Positions 13,201 through 28,200 of a stretch of 64,000 bases of DNA are shown piece by piece (positions within the stretch are counted from its first letter, which is position 1; every line of letters begins with the position of its first letter). The notes beneath the pieces are model-generated. The model made no database searches. It was not told the origin of the DNA and saw nothing but the letters and a program-made list of their open reading frames with translations. Both the position numbers and the translations under genes were made by a program. Location: assembly GCA_965287045.1 (NCBI GenBank), contig OZ336899.1:16616001-16680000 (forward strand), read 5' to 3'. Source of the DNA: Carcharhinus amblyrhynchos (lineage: Eukaryota).

Positions 13201-16200
13201 AACAACATTGCCACTTTCTTCAATAGCAGCAGAAACCCATTTAACACCGCAAGGCTCATCAATAACTATATCTACTTCAGAATCCACACCAATAACATCA
13301 GAAGTGTCATCTGGAACTGCACCTTCATCACAACCCCAATCAACAACACAAGGAGTATCAATGACTGAATCTTCTGTGGAAACCGAGACAGGAAACAATC
13401 CAGTATCAAAGATAACTGAATATTCATCAGCGGCACATCCAAGAATGACACAGTTAACATCCACAACTGGATCTTCAGTACAAACTACTTCAACAACAGC
13501 ATTAGTGTCATCTGTCACTGAGAATTCAACAGAAACCCATTCAACAACATCAAAAATATCAGTGAGAACTGAGGCCTCATCGCAAATGTATCCCACACCA
13601 ACACAAGTGTCAGCAGCGACACTGTCTTCATCAGCAATTCACCCAACAACAATAGAAGCATCATCAGGAGCAGAATCCTCATCAGAAACCCATTCAAAAT
13701 CACATGGATCATCAATATCTGCTTCGACATTGGAAATCAGTCATACATCAATACCAGTGTCATCCATAACTGAGTCATCTTCACAATCCCATCCAACAAT
13801 GGCACAATCATCATCAAAAATCGAGTTAGCTACAAGAACCAGTCCTGCAACATCACAGCTGTCATCCGTAGCTGAATCATCATCCGAAAACCACCCAACC
13901 ATCACAGAAGTATCATTGGCAACTGAGCCTTCATCATCAACAAACACAGAAATGACACAGGTATCATCAGTAACTGGGCCCTCAGAAGAAAGCACTGCAA
14001 CAGCAGCCCAAGAGACATCTATCACTCAGAAATCATCAGAATCCCATCCAGCAACAACATACACATCATTAGAAACTCAACCTTCATCAGAAAACCATCC
14101 AACAATGACACACCTGTCTTCAATCACTGAGACCGCATCAGAAACTAAAGCAGCAACTCAAGCATCCTCAATATCTGTGCATTCATCAGAAATGTATCCT
14201 GCACCACGTCATGTTTCAGCAGTAACACTGTCTTCATCCGAGTCCCAGCCAACAACATTGCCACTTTCTTCAATAGCAGTGTCGTCAGCAGAAACCCATT
14301 TAACACCACAAGTATCAACAATTTCTACTTCAGAAACCACACCAGTAACATCAGAAGTGTCATCTGTAACTGAACATTCATCAGAACCCCAATCAACAGT
14401 AACACAAGGAGTATCAATGACTGTGTCTTCTGCGGAAACTGAGACAGAAAACAGTTCAGTATCACATTTAACCGAATATTCATCAGCGACACATCCAACA
14501 GTAACACAGTTACCATCCACAACTGGATCCTCAATACAGACTACTTTAACAACACCACTAGTGTCATCTATCACTGAGAATTCAACAGAAAACCCTTCAC
14601 CAACAACAAAAATAACTGCGAAATCCGAGGCCTCATCGCAAATGTATCCCACACCAACACAAATGTCAACAGCAACACTGTCTTCATCAGAGACTCACCC
14701 AACAACAATAGAAGCATCATCAGTAGCAGAATCCTCACCAGAAACCCATTCAACATCATATGAATCATCAATATCTGCTTCTACATTGGAAATCAGTCAT
14801 ACATCAATACCAGTGTCATCCATAACTGAGTCATCATCACGATCCCATCCAACAATGACACAAACATCTTCAAAAACTGGGTTTTCTACACAAACCAGTC
14901 TGGCAACATCACATCTGTCATCTGTAGCTGAATCCTCATCCAAAATCCACACAACCGTCACAGAAGCATCATTGGTGACCGAACCTTCATCATCAACACA
15001 CACTGAAATGACACAGGTATCATCAGTGACCGGATCCTCAGAAGAAAACACTGCAACAGCAGCACAAGTGACGTCGAGAACTGAGACATCATCAGAATCC
15101 CGTCCATCAACAACATACACATCATTAAAAACTGAGCCTTCATCAGAAACCAGTCCAACAATGACACACATGTCATCAATCACTGAGGCCACATCAGAAA
15201 TTAAAACAGCAACTCAAATGTCATCAATACATTTGCCTTCATCAGAAATGTATCCTACACCAAGTCAGTCCCAGCCAACAACATTGCCACTTTCTTCAAT
15301 AGCAGCAGAAACCCATTTAACACCACAAGGCTCATCAATAACTATGTCTACTTCAGAATCCACACCAATAACATCAAAAGTGTCATCTGGAACTGCACCT
15401 TCATCACAACCCCAATCAACAACACAAGGAGTATCAATGACTGAATCTTCTGCGGAAACCGAGACAGGAAACAATCCAGTATCACAGATAACTGAATATT
15501 CATCAGCGGCACATCCAAGAATGACACAGTTAACATCCACAACTGGATCTTCAGTACAAACTACTTCAACAACACCATTAGTGTCATCTGTCACTGAGAA
15601 TTCAACAGAAACCCATTCAACAACATCAAAAATATCAGTGAGAACTGAGGCCTCATCGCAAATGTATCCCACACCAACACAAGTGTCAGCAGCAACACTG
15701 TCTTCATCAGCGACTCACCCTACAACAATAGAAGCGTCATCAGGAGCAGAATCCTCATCGGAAACCCATTCAAAATCACATGGATCATCAATATCTGCTT
15801 CGACATTGGAAATCAGTCATACATCAATACCAGTGTCATCCATAACTGAGTCATCTTCACAATCCCATCCAACAATGGCACAATCATCATCAAAAATCGA
15901 GTTAGCTACAAGAACCAGTCCTGCAACTTCACAGCTGTCATCCGTAGCTGAATCATCATCCGAAAACCACCCAACCATCACAGAAGTATCATTGGTAACT
16001 GAGCCTTCATCATCAACAAACACAGAAATGACACAGGTATCATCAGTAACTGGGCCCTCAGAAGAAAGCACTGCAACAGCAGCCCAAGAGACATCTATCA
16101 CTCAGAAATCATCAGAATCCCATCCAGCAACAACATACACATCATTAGAAACTCAACCTTCATCAGAAAACCATCCAACAATGACACACCTGTCTTCAAT

Positions 16201-19200
16201 CACTGAGACCGCATCAGAAACTAAAGCAGCAACTCAAGCATCCTCAATATCTGTGCATTCATCAGAAATGTATCCTGCACCACGTCATGTTTCAGCAGTA
16301 ACACTGTCTTCATCCGAGTCCCAGCCAACAACATTGCCACTTTCTTCAATAGCAGTGTCGTCAGCAGAAACCCATTTAACACCACAAGTATCAACAATTT
16401 CTACTTCAGAAACCACACCAGTAACATCAGAAGTGTCATCTGTAACTGAACATTCATCAGAACCCCAATCAACAGTAACACAAGGAGTATCAATGACTGT
16501 GACTTCTGCGGAAACTGAGACAGAAAACCGTTCAGTATCACATTTAACCGAATATTCATCAGCGACACATCCAACAGTAACACAGTTACCATCCACAACT
16601 GGATCCTCAATACAGACTACTTTAACAACACCACTAGTGTCATCTATCACTGAGAATTCAACAGAAAACCCTTCACCAACAACAAAAATAACTGCGAAAT
16701 CCGAGGCCTCATCGCAAATGTATCCCACACCAACACAAATGTCAACAGCAACACTGTCTTCATCAGAGACTCACCCAACAACAATAGAAGCATCATCAGT
16801 AGCAGAATCCTCATCAGAAACCCATTCAACATCGTATGAATCATCAATATCTGCTTCTACATTGGAAATCAGTCATACATCTATACCAGTGTCATCCATA
16901 ACTGAGTCGTCATCACGATCCCATCCAACAATGACACAAACATCTTCAAAAACTGGGTTTTCTACAGAAACCAGACCGGCAACATCACATCTGTCATCTG
17001 TAGCTGAATCCTCATCCAAAATCCACACAACCGTCACAGAAGCATCATTGGTGACCGAACCTTCATCATCAACACACACTGAAATGACACAGGTATCATC
17101 AGTGACCAGATCCTCAGAAGAAAACACTGCAACAGCAGCACAAGTGACGTCGAGAACTGAGACATCATCAGAATCCCGTCCATCAACAACATACACATCA
17201 TTAAAAACTGAGCCTTCATCAGAAACCAGTCCAACAATGACACACATGTCATCAATCACTGAGACCACATCAGAAATTAAAACAGCAACTCAAATATCAT
17301 CAATAAATTTGCCTTCATCAGAAATGTATCCTACACCAAGTCAGTCCCAGCCAACAACATTGCCACTTTCTTCAATAGCAGCAGAAACCCATTTAACACC
17401 ACAAGGCTCATCAATAACTATGTCTACTTCAGAATCCACACCAATAACATCAAAAGTGTCATCTGGAACTGCACCTTCATCACAACCCCAATCAACAACA
17501 CAAGGAGTATCAATGACTGAATCTTCTGCGGAAACCGAGACAGGAAACAATCCAGTATCACAGATAACTGAATATTCATCAGCGGCACATCCAAGAATGA
17601 CACAGTTAACATCCACAACTGGATCTTCAGTACAAACTACTTCAACAACACCATTAGTGTCATCTGTCACTGAGAATTCAACAGAAACCCATTCAACAAC
17701 ATCAAAAATATCAGTGAGAACTGAGGCCTCATCGCAAATGTATCCCACACCAACACAAGTGTCAGCAGCAACACTGTCTTCATCAGCGACTCACCCTACA
17801 ACAATAGAAGCGTCATCAGGAGCAGAATCCTCATCGGAAACCCATTCAAAATCACATGGATCATCAATATCTGCTTCGACATTGGAAATCAGTCATACAT
17901 CAATACCAGTGTCATCCATAACTGAGTCATCTTCACAATCCCATCCAACAATGGCACAATCATCATCAAAAATCGAGTCAGCTACAAGAACCAGTCCTGC
18001 AACATCACAGCTGTCATCCGTAGCTGAATCATCATCCGAAAACCACCCAACCATCACAGAAGTATCATTGGCAACTGAGCCTTCATCATCAACAAACACA
18101 GAAATGACACAGGTATCATCAGTAACTGGGCCCTCAGAAGAAAGCACTGCAACAGCAGCCCAAGAGACATCTATCACTCAGAAATCATCAGAATCCCATC
18201 CAGCAACAACATACACATCATTAGAAACTCAACCTTCATCAGAAAACCATCCAACAATGACACACCTGTCTTCAATCACTGAGACCGCATCAGAAACTAA
18301 AGCAGCAACTCAAGCATCCTCAATATCTGTGCATTCATCAGAAATGTATCCTGCACCACGTCATGTTTCAGCAGTAACACTGTCTTCATCCGAGTCCCAG
18401 CCAACAACATTGCCACTTTCTTCAATAGCAGTGTCGTCAGCAGAAACCCATTTAACACCACAAGTATCAACAATTTCTACTTCAGAAACCACACCAGTAA
18501 CATCAGAAGTGTCATCTGTAACTGAACATTCATCAGAACCCCAATCAACAGTAACACAAGGAGTATCAATGACTGTGTCTTCTGCGGAAACTGAGACAGA
18601 AAACCGTTCAGTATCACATTTAACCGAATATTCATCAGCGACACATCCAACAGTAACACAGTTACCATCCACAACTGGATCCTCAATACAGACTACTTTA
18701 ACAACACCACTAGTGTCATCTATCACTGAGAATTCAACAGAAAACCCTTCACCAACAACAAAAATAACTGCGAAATCCGAGGCCTCATCGCAAATGTATC
18801 CCACACCAACACAAATGTCAACAGCAACACTGTCTTCATCAGAGACTCACCCAACAACAACAGAAGCATCATCAGTAGCAGAATCCTCATCAGAAACCCA
18901 TTCAACATCTTATGAATCATCAATATCTGCTTCGACATTGGAAATCAGTCATACATCAATACCAGTGTCATCCATAACTGAGTCGTCATCACGATCCCAT
19001 CCAACAATGACACAAACATCTTCAAAAACTGGGTTTTCTACAGAAACCAGTCCTGCAACATCACATCTGTCATCTGTAGCTGAATCCTCATCCAAAATCC
19101 ACACAACCGTCACAGAAGCATCATTGGCGACCGAACCTTCATCATCAACACACACTGAAATGACACAGGTATCATCAGTGACCAGATCCTCAGAAGAAAA

Positions 19201-22200
19201 CACTGCAACAGCAGCACAAGTGACGTCGAGAACTGAGACATCATCTGAATCCCGTCCATCAACAACATACACATCATTAAAAACTGAGCCTTCATCAGAA
19301 ACCAGTCCAACAATGACACACATGTCATCAATCACTGAGACCACATCAGAAACTAAAGCAGCAACTCAAATATCATCAATAAATCTGCCTTCATCAGAAA
19401 TGTATCCTACACCAAGTCAGTCCCAGCCAACAACATTGCCACTTTCTTCAATAGCAGCAGAAACCCATTTAACACCACAAGGCTCATCAATAACTATGTC
19501 TACTTCAGAATCCACACCAATAACATCAAAAGTGTCATCTGGAACTGCACCTTCATCACAACCCCAATCAACAACACAAGGAGTATCAATGACTGAATCT
19601 TCTGCGGAAACCGAGACAGGAAACAATCCAGTATCACAGATAACTGAATATTCATCAGCGGCACATCCAAGAATGACACAGTTAACATCCACAACTGGAT
19701 CTTCAGTACAAACTACTTCAACAACACCATTAGTGTCATCTGTCACTGAGAATTCAACAGAAACCCATTCAACAACATCAAAAATATCAGTGAGAACTGA
19801 GGCCTCATCGCAAATGTATCCCACACCAACACAAGTGTCAGCAGCAACACTGTCTTCATCAGCGACTCACCCAACAACAATAGAAGCATCATCAGGAGCA
19901 GAATCCTCATCAGAAACCCATTCAAAATCACATGGATCATCAATATCTGCTTCGACATTGGAAATCAGTCATACATCAATACCAGTGTCATCCATAACTG
20001 AGTCATCTTCACAATCCCATCCAACAATGTCACAACCATCATCAAAAATCGAGTTAGCTACAACAACCAGTCCTGCAACATCACAGCTGTCATCCGTAGC
20101 TGAATCATCATCCGAAAACCACCCAACCATCACAGAAGTATCATTGGCAACTGAGCCTTCATCATCAACAAACACAGAAATGACACAGGTATCATCAGTA
20201 ACTGGGCCCTCAGAAGAAAGCACTGCAACAGCAGCCCAAGAGACATCTATCACTCAGAAATCATCAGAATCCCATCCAGCAACAACATACACATCATTAG
20301 AAACTCAACCTTCATCAGAAAACCATCCAACAATGACACACCTGTCTTCAATCACTGAGACCGCATCAGAAACTAAAGCAGCAACTCAAGCATCCTCAAT
20401 ATCTGTGCATTCATCAGAAATGTATCCTGCACCACGTCATGTTTCAGCAGTAACACTGTCTTCATCCGAGTCCCAGCCAACAACATTGCCACTTTCTTCA
20501 ATAGCAGTGTCGTCAGCAGAAACCCATTTAACACCACAAGTATCAACAATTTCTACTTCAGAAACCACACCAGTAACATCAGAAGTGTCATCTGTAACTG
20601 AACATTCATCAGAACCCCAATCAACAGTAACACAAGGAGTATCAATGACTGTGACTTCTGCGGAAACTGAGACAGAAAACCGTTCAGTATCACATTTAAC
20701 CGAATATTCATCAGCGACACATCCAACAGTAACACAGTTACCATCCACAACTGGATCCTCAATACAGACTACTTTAACAACACCACTAGTGTCATCTATC
20801 ACTGAGAATTCAACAGAAAACCCTTCACCAACAACAAAAATAACTGCGAAATCCGAGGCCTCATCGCAAATGTATCCCACACCAACACAAATGTCAACAG
20901 CAACACTGTCTTCATCAGAGACTCACCCAACAACAATAGAAGCATCATCAGTAGCAGAATCCTCATCAGAAACCCATTCAACATCTTATGAATCATCAAT
21001 ATCTGTTTCGACATTGGAAATCAGTCATACATCAATACCAGTGTCATCCATAACTGAGTCGTCATCACGATCCCATCCAACAATGACACAAACATCTTCA
21101 AAAACTGGGTTTTCTACAGAAACCAGTCCTGCAACATCACATCTGTCATCTGTAGCTGAATCCTCATCCAAAATCCACACAACCGTCACAGAAGCATCAT
21201 TGGCGACCGAACCTTCATCATCAACACACACTGAAATGACACAGGTATCATCAGTGACCGGATCCTCAGAAGAAAACACTGCAACAGCAGCACAAGTGAC
21301 GTCGAGAACTGAGACATCATCTGAATCCCGTCCATCAACAACATACATATCATTAAAAACTGAGCCTTCATCAGAAACCAGTCCAACAATGACACACATG
21401 TCATCAATCACTGAGACCACATCAGAAATTAAAACAGCAACTCAAATATCATCAATAAATTTGCCTTCATCAGAAATGTATCCTACACCAAGTCAGTCCC
21501 AGCCAACAACATTGCCACTTTCTTCAATAGCAGCAGAAACCCATTTAACACCGCAAGGCTCATCAATAACTATATCTACTTCAGAATCCACACCAATAAC
21601 ATCAGAAGTGTCATCTGGAACTGCACCTTCATCACAACCCCAATCAACAACACAAGGAGTATCAATGACTGAATCTTCTGTGGAAACCGAGACAGGAAAC
21701 AATCCAGTATCAAAGATAACTGAATATTCATCAGCGGCACATCCAAGAATGACACAGTTAACATCCACAACTGGATCTTCAGTACAAACTACTTCAACAA
21801 CAGCATTAGTGTCATCTGTCACTGAGAATTCAACAGAAACCCATTCAACAACATCAAAAATATCAGTGAGAACTGAGGCCTCATCGCAAATGTATCCCAC
21901 ACCAACACAAGTGTCAGCAGCGACACTGTCTTCATCAGCAATTCACCCAACAACAATAGAAGCATCATCAGGAGCAGAATCCTCATCAGAAACCCATTCA
22001 AAATCACATGGATCATCAATATCTGCTTCGACATTGGAAATCAGTCATACATCAATACCAGTGTCATCCATAACTGAGTCATCTTCACAATCCCATCCAA
22101 CAATGGCACAATCATCATCAAAAATCGAGTTAGCTACAAGAACCAGTCCTGCAACATCACAGCTGTCATCCGTAGCTGAATCATCATCCGAAAACCACCC

Positions 22201-25200
22201 AACCATCACAGAAGTATCATTGGCAACTGAGCCTTCATCATCAACAAACACAGAAATGACACAGGTATCATCAGTAACTGGGCCCTCAGAAGAAAGCACT
22301 GCAACAGCAGCCCAAGAGACATCTATCACTCAGAAATCATCAGAATCCCATCCAGCAACAACATACACATCATTAGAAACTCAACCTTCATCAGAAAACC
22401 ATCCAACAATGACACACCTGTCTTCAATCACTGAGACCGCATCAGAAACTAAAGCAGCAACTCAAGCATCCTCAATATCTGTGCATTCATCAGAAATGTA
22501 TCCTGCACCACGTCATGTTTCAGCAGTAACACTGTCTTCATCCGAGTCCCAGCCAACAACATTGCCACTTTCTTCAATAGCAGTGTCGTCAGCAGAAACC
22601 CATTTAACACCACAAGTATCAACAATTTCTACTTCAGAAACCACACCAGTAACATCAGAAGTGTCATCTGTAACTGAACATTCATCAGAACCCCAATCAA
22701 CAGTAACACAAGGAGTATCAATGACTGTGTCTTCTGCGGAAACTGAGACAGAAAACAGTTCAGTATCACATTTAACCGAATATTCATCAGCGACACATCC
22801 AACAGTAACACAGTTACCATCCACAACTGGATCCTCAATACAGACTACTTTAACAACACCACTAGTGTCATCTATCACTGAGAATTCAACAGAAAACCCT
22901 TCACCAACAACAAAAATAACTGCGAAATCCGAGGCCTCATCGCAAATGTATCCCACACCAACACAAATGTCAACAGCAACACTGTCTTCATCAGAGACTC
23001 ACCCAACAACAATAGAAGCATCATCAGTAGCAGAATCCTCACCAGAAACCCATTCAACATCATATGAATCATCAATATCTGCTTCTACATTGGAAATCAG
23101 TCATACATCAATACCAGTGTCATCCATAACTGAGTCATCATCACGATCCCATCCAACAATGACACAAACATCTTCAAAAACTGGGTTTTCTACACAAACC
23201 AGTCTGGCAACATCACATCTGTCATCTGTAGCTGAATCCTCATCCAAAATCCACACAACCGTCACAGAAGCATCATTGGTGACCGAACCTTCATCATCAA
23301 CACACACTGAAATGACACAGGTATCATCAGTGACCGGATCCTCAGAAGAAAACACTGCAACAGCAGCACAAGTGACGTCGAGAACTGAGACATCATCAGA
23401 ATCCCGTCCATCAACAACATACACATCATTAAAAACTGAGCCTTCATCAGAAACCAGTCCAACAATGACACACATGTCATCAATCACTGAGGCCACATCA
23501 GAAATTAAAACAGCAACTCAAATGTCATCAATACATTTGCCTTCATCAGAAATGTATCCTACACCAAGTCAGTCCCAGCCAACAACATTGCCACTTTCTT
23601 CAATAGCAGCAGAAACCCATTTAACACCACAAGGCTCATCAATAACTATGTCTACTTCAGAATCCACACCAATAACATCAAAAGTGTCATCTGGAACTGC
23701 ACCTTCATCACAACCCCAATCAACAACACAAGGAGTATCAATGACTGAATCTTCTGCGGAAACCGAGACAGGAAACAATCCAGTATCACAGATAACTGAA
23801 TATTCATCAGCGGCACATCCAAGAATGACACAGTTAACATCCACAACTGGATCTTCAGTACAAACTACTTCAACAACACCATTAGTGTCATCTGTCACTG
23901 AGAATTCAACAGAAACCCATTCAACAACATCAAAACTATCAGTGAGAACTGAGGCCTCATCGCAAATGTATCCCACACCAACACAAGTGTCAGCAGCAAC
24001 ACTGTCTTCATCAGCGACTCACCCTACAACAATAGAAGCGTCATCAGGAGCAGAATCCTCATCGGAAACCCATTCAAAATCACATGGATCATCAATATCT
24101 GCTTCGACATTGGAAATCAGTCATACATCAATACCAGTGTCATCCATAACTGAGTCATCTTCACAATCCCATCCAACAATGGCACAATCATCATCAAAAA
24201 TCGAGTTAGCTACAAGAACCAGTCCTGCAACTTCACAGCTGTCATCCGTAGCTGAATCATCATCCGAAAACCACCCAACCATCACAGAAGTATCATTGGC
24301 AACTGAGCCTTCATCATCAACAAACACAGAAATGACACAGGTATCATCAGTAACTGGGCCCTCAGAAGAAAGCACTGCAACAGCAGCCCAAGAGACATCT
24401 ATCACTCAGAAATCATCAGAATCCCATCCAGCAACAACATACACATCATTAGAAACTCAACCTTCATCAGAAAACCATCCAACAATGACACACCTGTCTT
24501 CAATCACTGAGACCGCATCAGAAACTAAAGCAGCAACTCAAGCATCCTCAATATCTGTGCATTCATCAGAAATGTATCCTGCACCACGTCATGTTTCAGT
24601 AACACTGTCTTCATCCGAGTCCCAGCCAACAACATTGCCACTTTCTTCAATAGCAGTGTCGTCAGCAGAAACCCATTTAACACCACAAGGCTCAACAATT
24701 TCTACTTCAGAAACCACACCAGTAACATCAGAAGTGTCATCTGTAACTGAACATTCATCAGAACCCCAATCAACAGTAACACAAGGAGTATCAATGACTG
24801 TGACTTCTGCGGAAACTGAGACAGAAAACCGTTCAGTATCACATTTAACCGAATATTCATCAGCGACACATCCAACAGTAACACAGTTACCATCCACAAC
24901 TGGATCCTCAATACAGACTACTTTAACAACACCACTAGTGTCATCTATCACTGAGAATTCAACAGAAAACCCTTCACCAACAACAAAAATAACTGCGAAA
25001 TCCGAGGCCTCATCGCAAATGTATCCCACACCAACACAAATGTCAACAGCAACACTGTCTTCATCAGAGACTCACCCAACAACAATAGAAGCATCATCAG
25101 TAGCAGAATCCTCATCAGAAACCCATTCAACATCGTATGAATCATCAATATCTGCTTCTACATTGGAAATCAGTCATACATCTATACCAGTGTCATCCAT

Positions 25201-28200
25201 AACTGAGTCGTCATCACGATCCCATCCAACAATGACACAAACATCTTCAAAAACTGGGTTTTCTACACAAACCAGTCCGGCAACATCACATCTGTCATCT
25301 GTAGCTGAATCCTCATCCAAAATCCACACAACCGTCACAGAAGCATCATTGGTGACCGAACCTTCATCATCAACACACACTGAAATGACACAGGTATCAT
25401 CAGTGACCAGATCCTCAGAAGAAAACACTGCAACAGCAGCACAAGTGACGTCGAGAACTGAGACATCATCAGAATCCCGTCCATCAACAACATACACATC
25501 ATTAAAAACTGAGCCTTCATCAGAAACCAGTCCAACAATGACACACATGTCATCAATCACTGAGACCACATCAGAAATTAAAACAGCAACTCAAATATCA
25601 TCAATAAATTTGCCTTCATCAGAAATGTATCCTACACCAAGTCAGTCCCAGCCAACAACATTGCCACTTTCTTCAATACCAGCAGAAACCCATTTAACAC
25701 CACAAGGCTCATCAATAACTATGTCTACTTCAGAATCCACACCAATAACATCAAAAGTGTCATCTGGAACTGCACCTTCATCACAACCCCAATCAACAAC
25801 ACAAGGAGTATCAATGACTGAATCTTCTGCGGAAACCGAGACAGGAAACAATCCAGTATCACAGATAACTGAATATTCATCAGCGGCACATCCAAGAATG
25901 ACACAGTTAACATCCACAACTGGATCTTCAGTACAAACTACTTCAACAACACCATTAGTGTCATCTGTCACTGAGAATTCAACAGAAACCCATTCAACAA
26001 CATCAAAAATATCAGTGAGAACTGAGGCCTCATCGCAAATGTATCCCACACCAACACAAGTGTCAGCAGCAACACTGTCTTCATCAGCGACTCACCCAAC
26101 AACAATAGAAGCGTCATCAGGAGCAGAATCCTCATCGGAAACCCATTCAAAATCACATGGATCATCAATATCTGCTTCGACATTGGAAATCAGTCATACA
26201 TCAATACCAGTGTCATCCATAACTGAGTCATCTTCACAATCCCATCCAACAATGGCACAATCATCATCAAAAATCGAGTCAGCTACAAGAACCAGTCCTG
26301 CAACATCACAGCTGTCATCCGTAGCTGAATCATCATCCGAAAACCACCCAACCATCACAGAAGTATCATTGGCAACTGAGCCTTCATCATCAACAAACAC
26401 AGAAATGACACAGGTATCATCAGTAACTGGGCCCTCAGAAGAAAGCACTGCAACAGCAGCCCAAGAGACATCTATCACTCAGAAATCATCAGAATCCCAT
26501 CCAGCAACAACATACACATCATTAGAAACTCAACCTTCATCAGAAAACCATCCAACAATGACACACCTGTCTTCAATCACTGAGACCGCATCAGAAACTA
26601 AAGCAGCAACTCAAGCATCCTCAATATCTGTGCATTCATCAGAAATGTATCCTGCACCACGTCATGTTTCAGCAGTAACACTGTCTTCATCCGAGTCCCA
26701 GCCAACAACATTGCCACTTTCTTCAATAGCAGTGTCGTCAGCAGAAACCCATTTAACACCACAAGTATCAACAATTTCTACTTCAGAAACCACACCAGTA
26801 ACATCAGAAGTGTCATCTGTAACTGAACATTCATCAGAACCCCAATCAACAGTAACACAAGGAGTATCAATGACTGTGACTTCTGCGGAAACTGAGACAG
26901 AAAACCGTTCAGTATCACATTTAACCGAATATTCATCAGCGACACATCCAACAGTAACACAGTTACCATCCACAACTGGATCCTCAATACAGACTACTTT
27001 AACAACACCACTAGTGTCATCTATCACTGAGAATTCAACAGAAAACCCTTCACCAACAACAAAAATAACTGCGAAATCCGAGGCCTCATCGCAAATGTAT
27101 CCCACACCAACACAAATGTCAACAGCAACACTGTCTTCATCAGAGACTCACCCAACAACAATAGAAGCATCATCAGTAGCAGAATCCTCATCAGAAACCC
27201 ATTCAACATCTTATGAATCATCAATATCTGTTTCGACATTGGAAATCAGTCATACATCAATACCAGTGTCATCCATAACTGAGTCGTCATCACGATCCCA
27301 TCCAACAATGACACAAACATCTTCAAAAACTGGGTTTTCTACAGAAACCAGTCCTGCAACATCACATCTGTCATCTGTAGCTGAATCCTCATCCAAAATC
27401 CACACAACCGTCACAGAAGCATCATTGGCGACCGAACCTTCATCATCAACACACACTGAAATGACACAGGTATCATCAGTGACCGGATCCTCAGAAGAAA
27501 ACACTGCAACAGCAGCACAAGTGACGTCGAGAACTGAGACATCATCTGAATCCCGTCCATCAACAACATACATATCATTAAAAACTGAGCCTTCATCAGA
27601 AACCAGTCCAACAATGACACACATGTCATCAATCACTGAGACCACATCAGAAATTAAAACAGCAACTCAAATATCATCAATAAATTTGCCTTCATCAGAA
27701 ATGTATCCTACACCAAGTCAGTCCCAGCCAACAACATTGCCACTTTCTTCAATAGCAGCAGAAACCCATTTAACACCGCAAGGCTCATCAATAACTATGT
27801 CTACTTCAGAATCCACACCAATAACATCAGAAGTGTCATCTGGAACTGCACCTTCATCACAACCCCAATCAACAACACAAGGAGTATCAATGACTGAATC
27901 TTCTGTGGAAACCGAGACAGGAAACAATCCAGTATCAAAGATAACTGAATATTCATCAGCGGCACATCCAAGAATGACACAGTTAACATCCACAACTGGA
28001 TCTTCAGTACAAACTACTTCAACAACAGCATTAGTGTCATCTGTCACTGAGAATTCAACAGAAACCCATTCAACAACATCAAAAATATCAGTGAGAACTG
28101 AGGCCTCATCGCAAATGTATCCCACACCAACACAAGTGTCAGCAGCGACACTGTCTTCATCAGCAATTCACCCAACAACAATAGAAGCATCATCAGGAGC

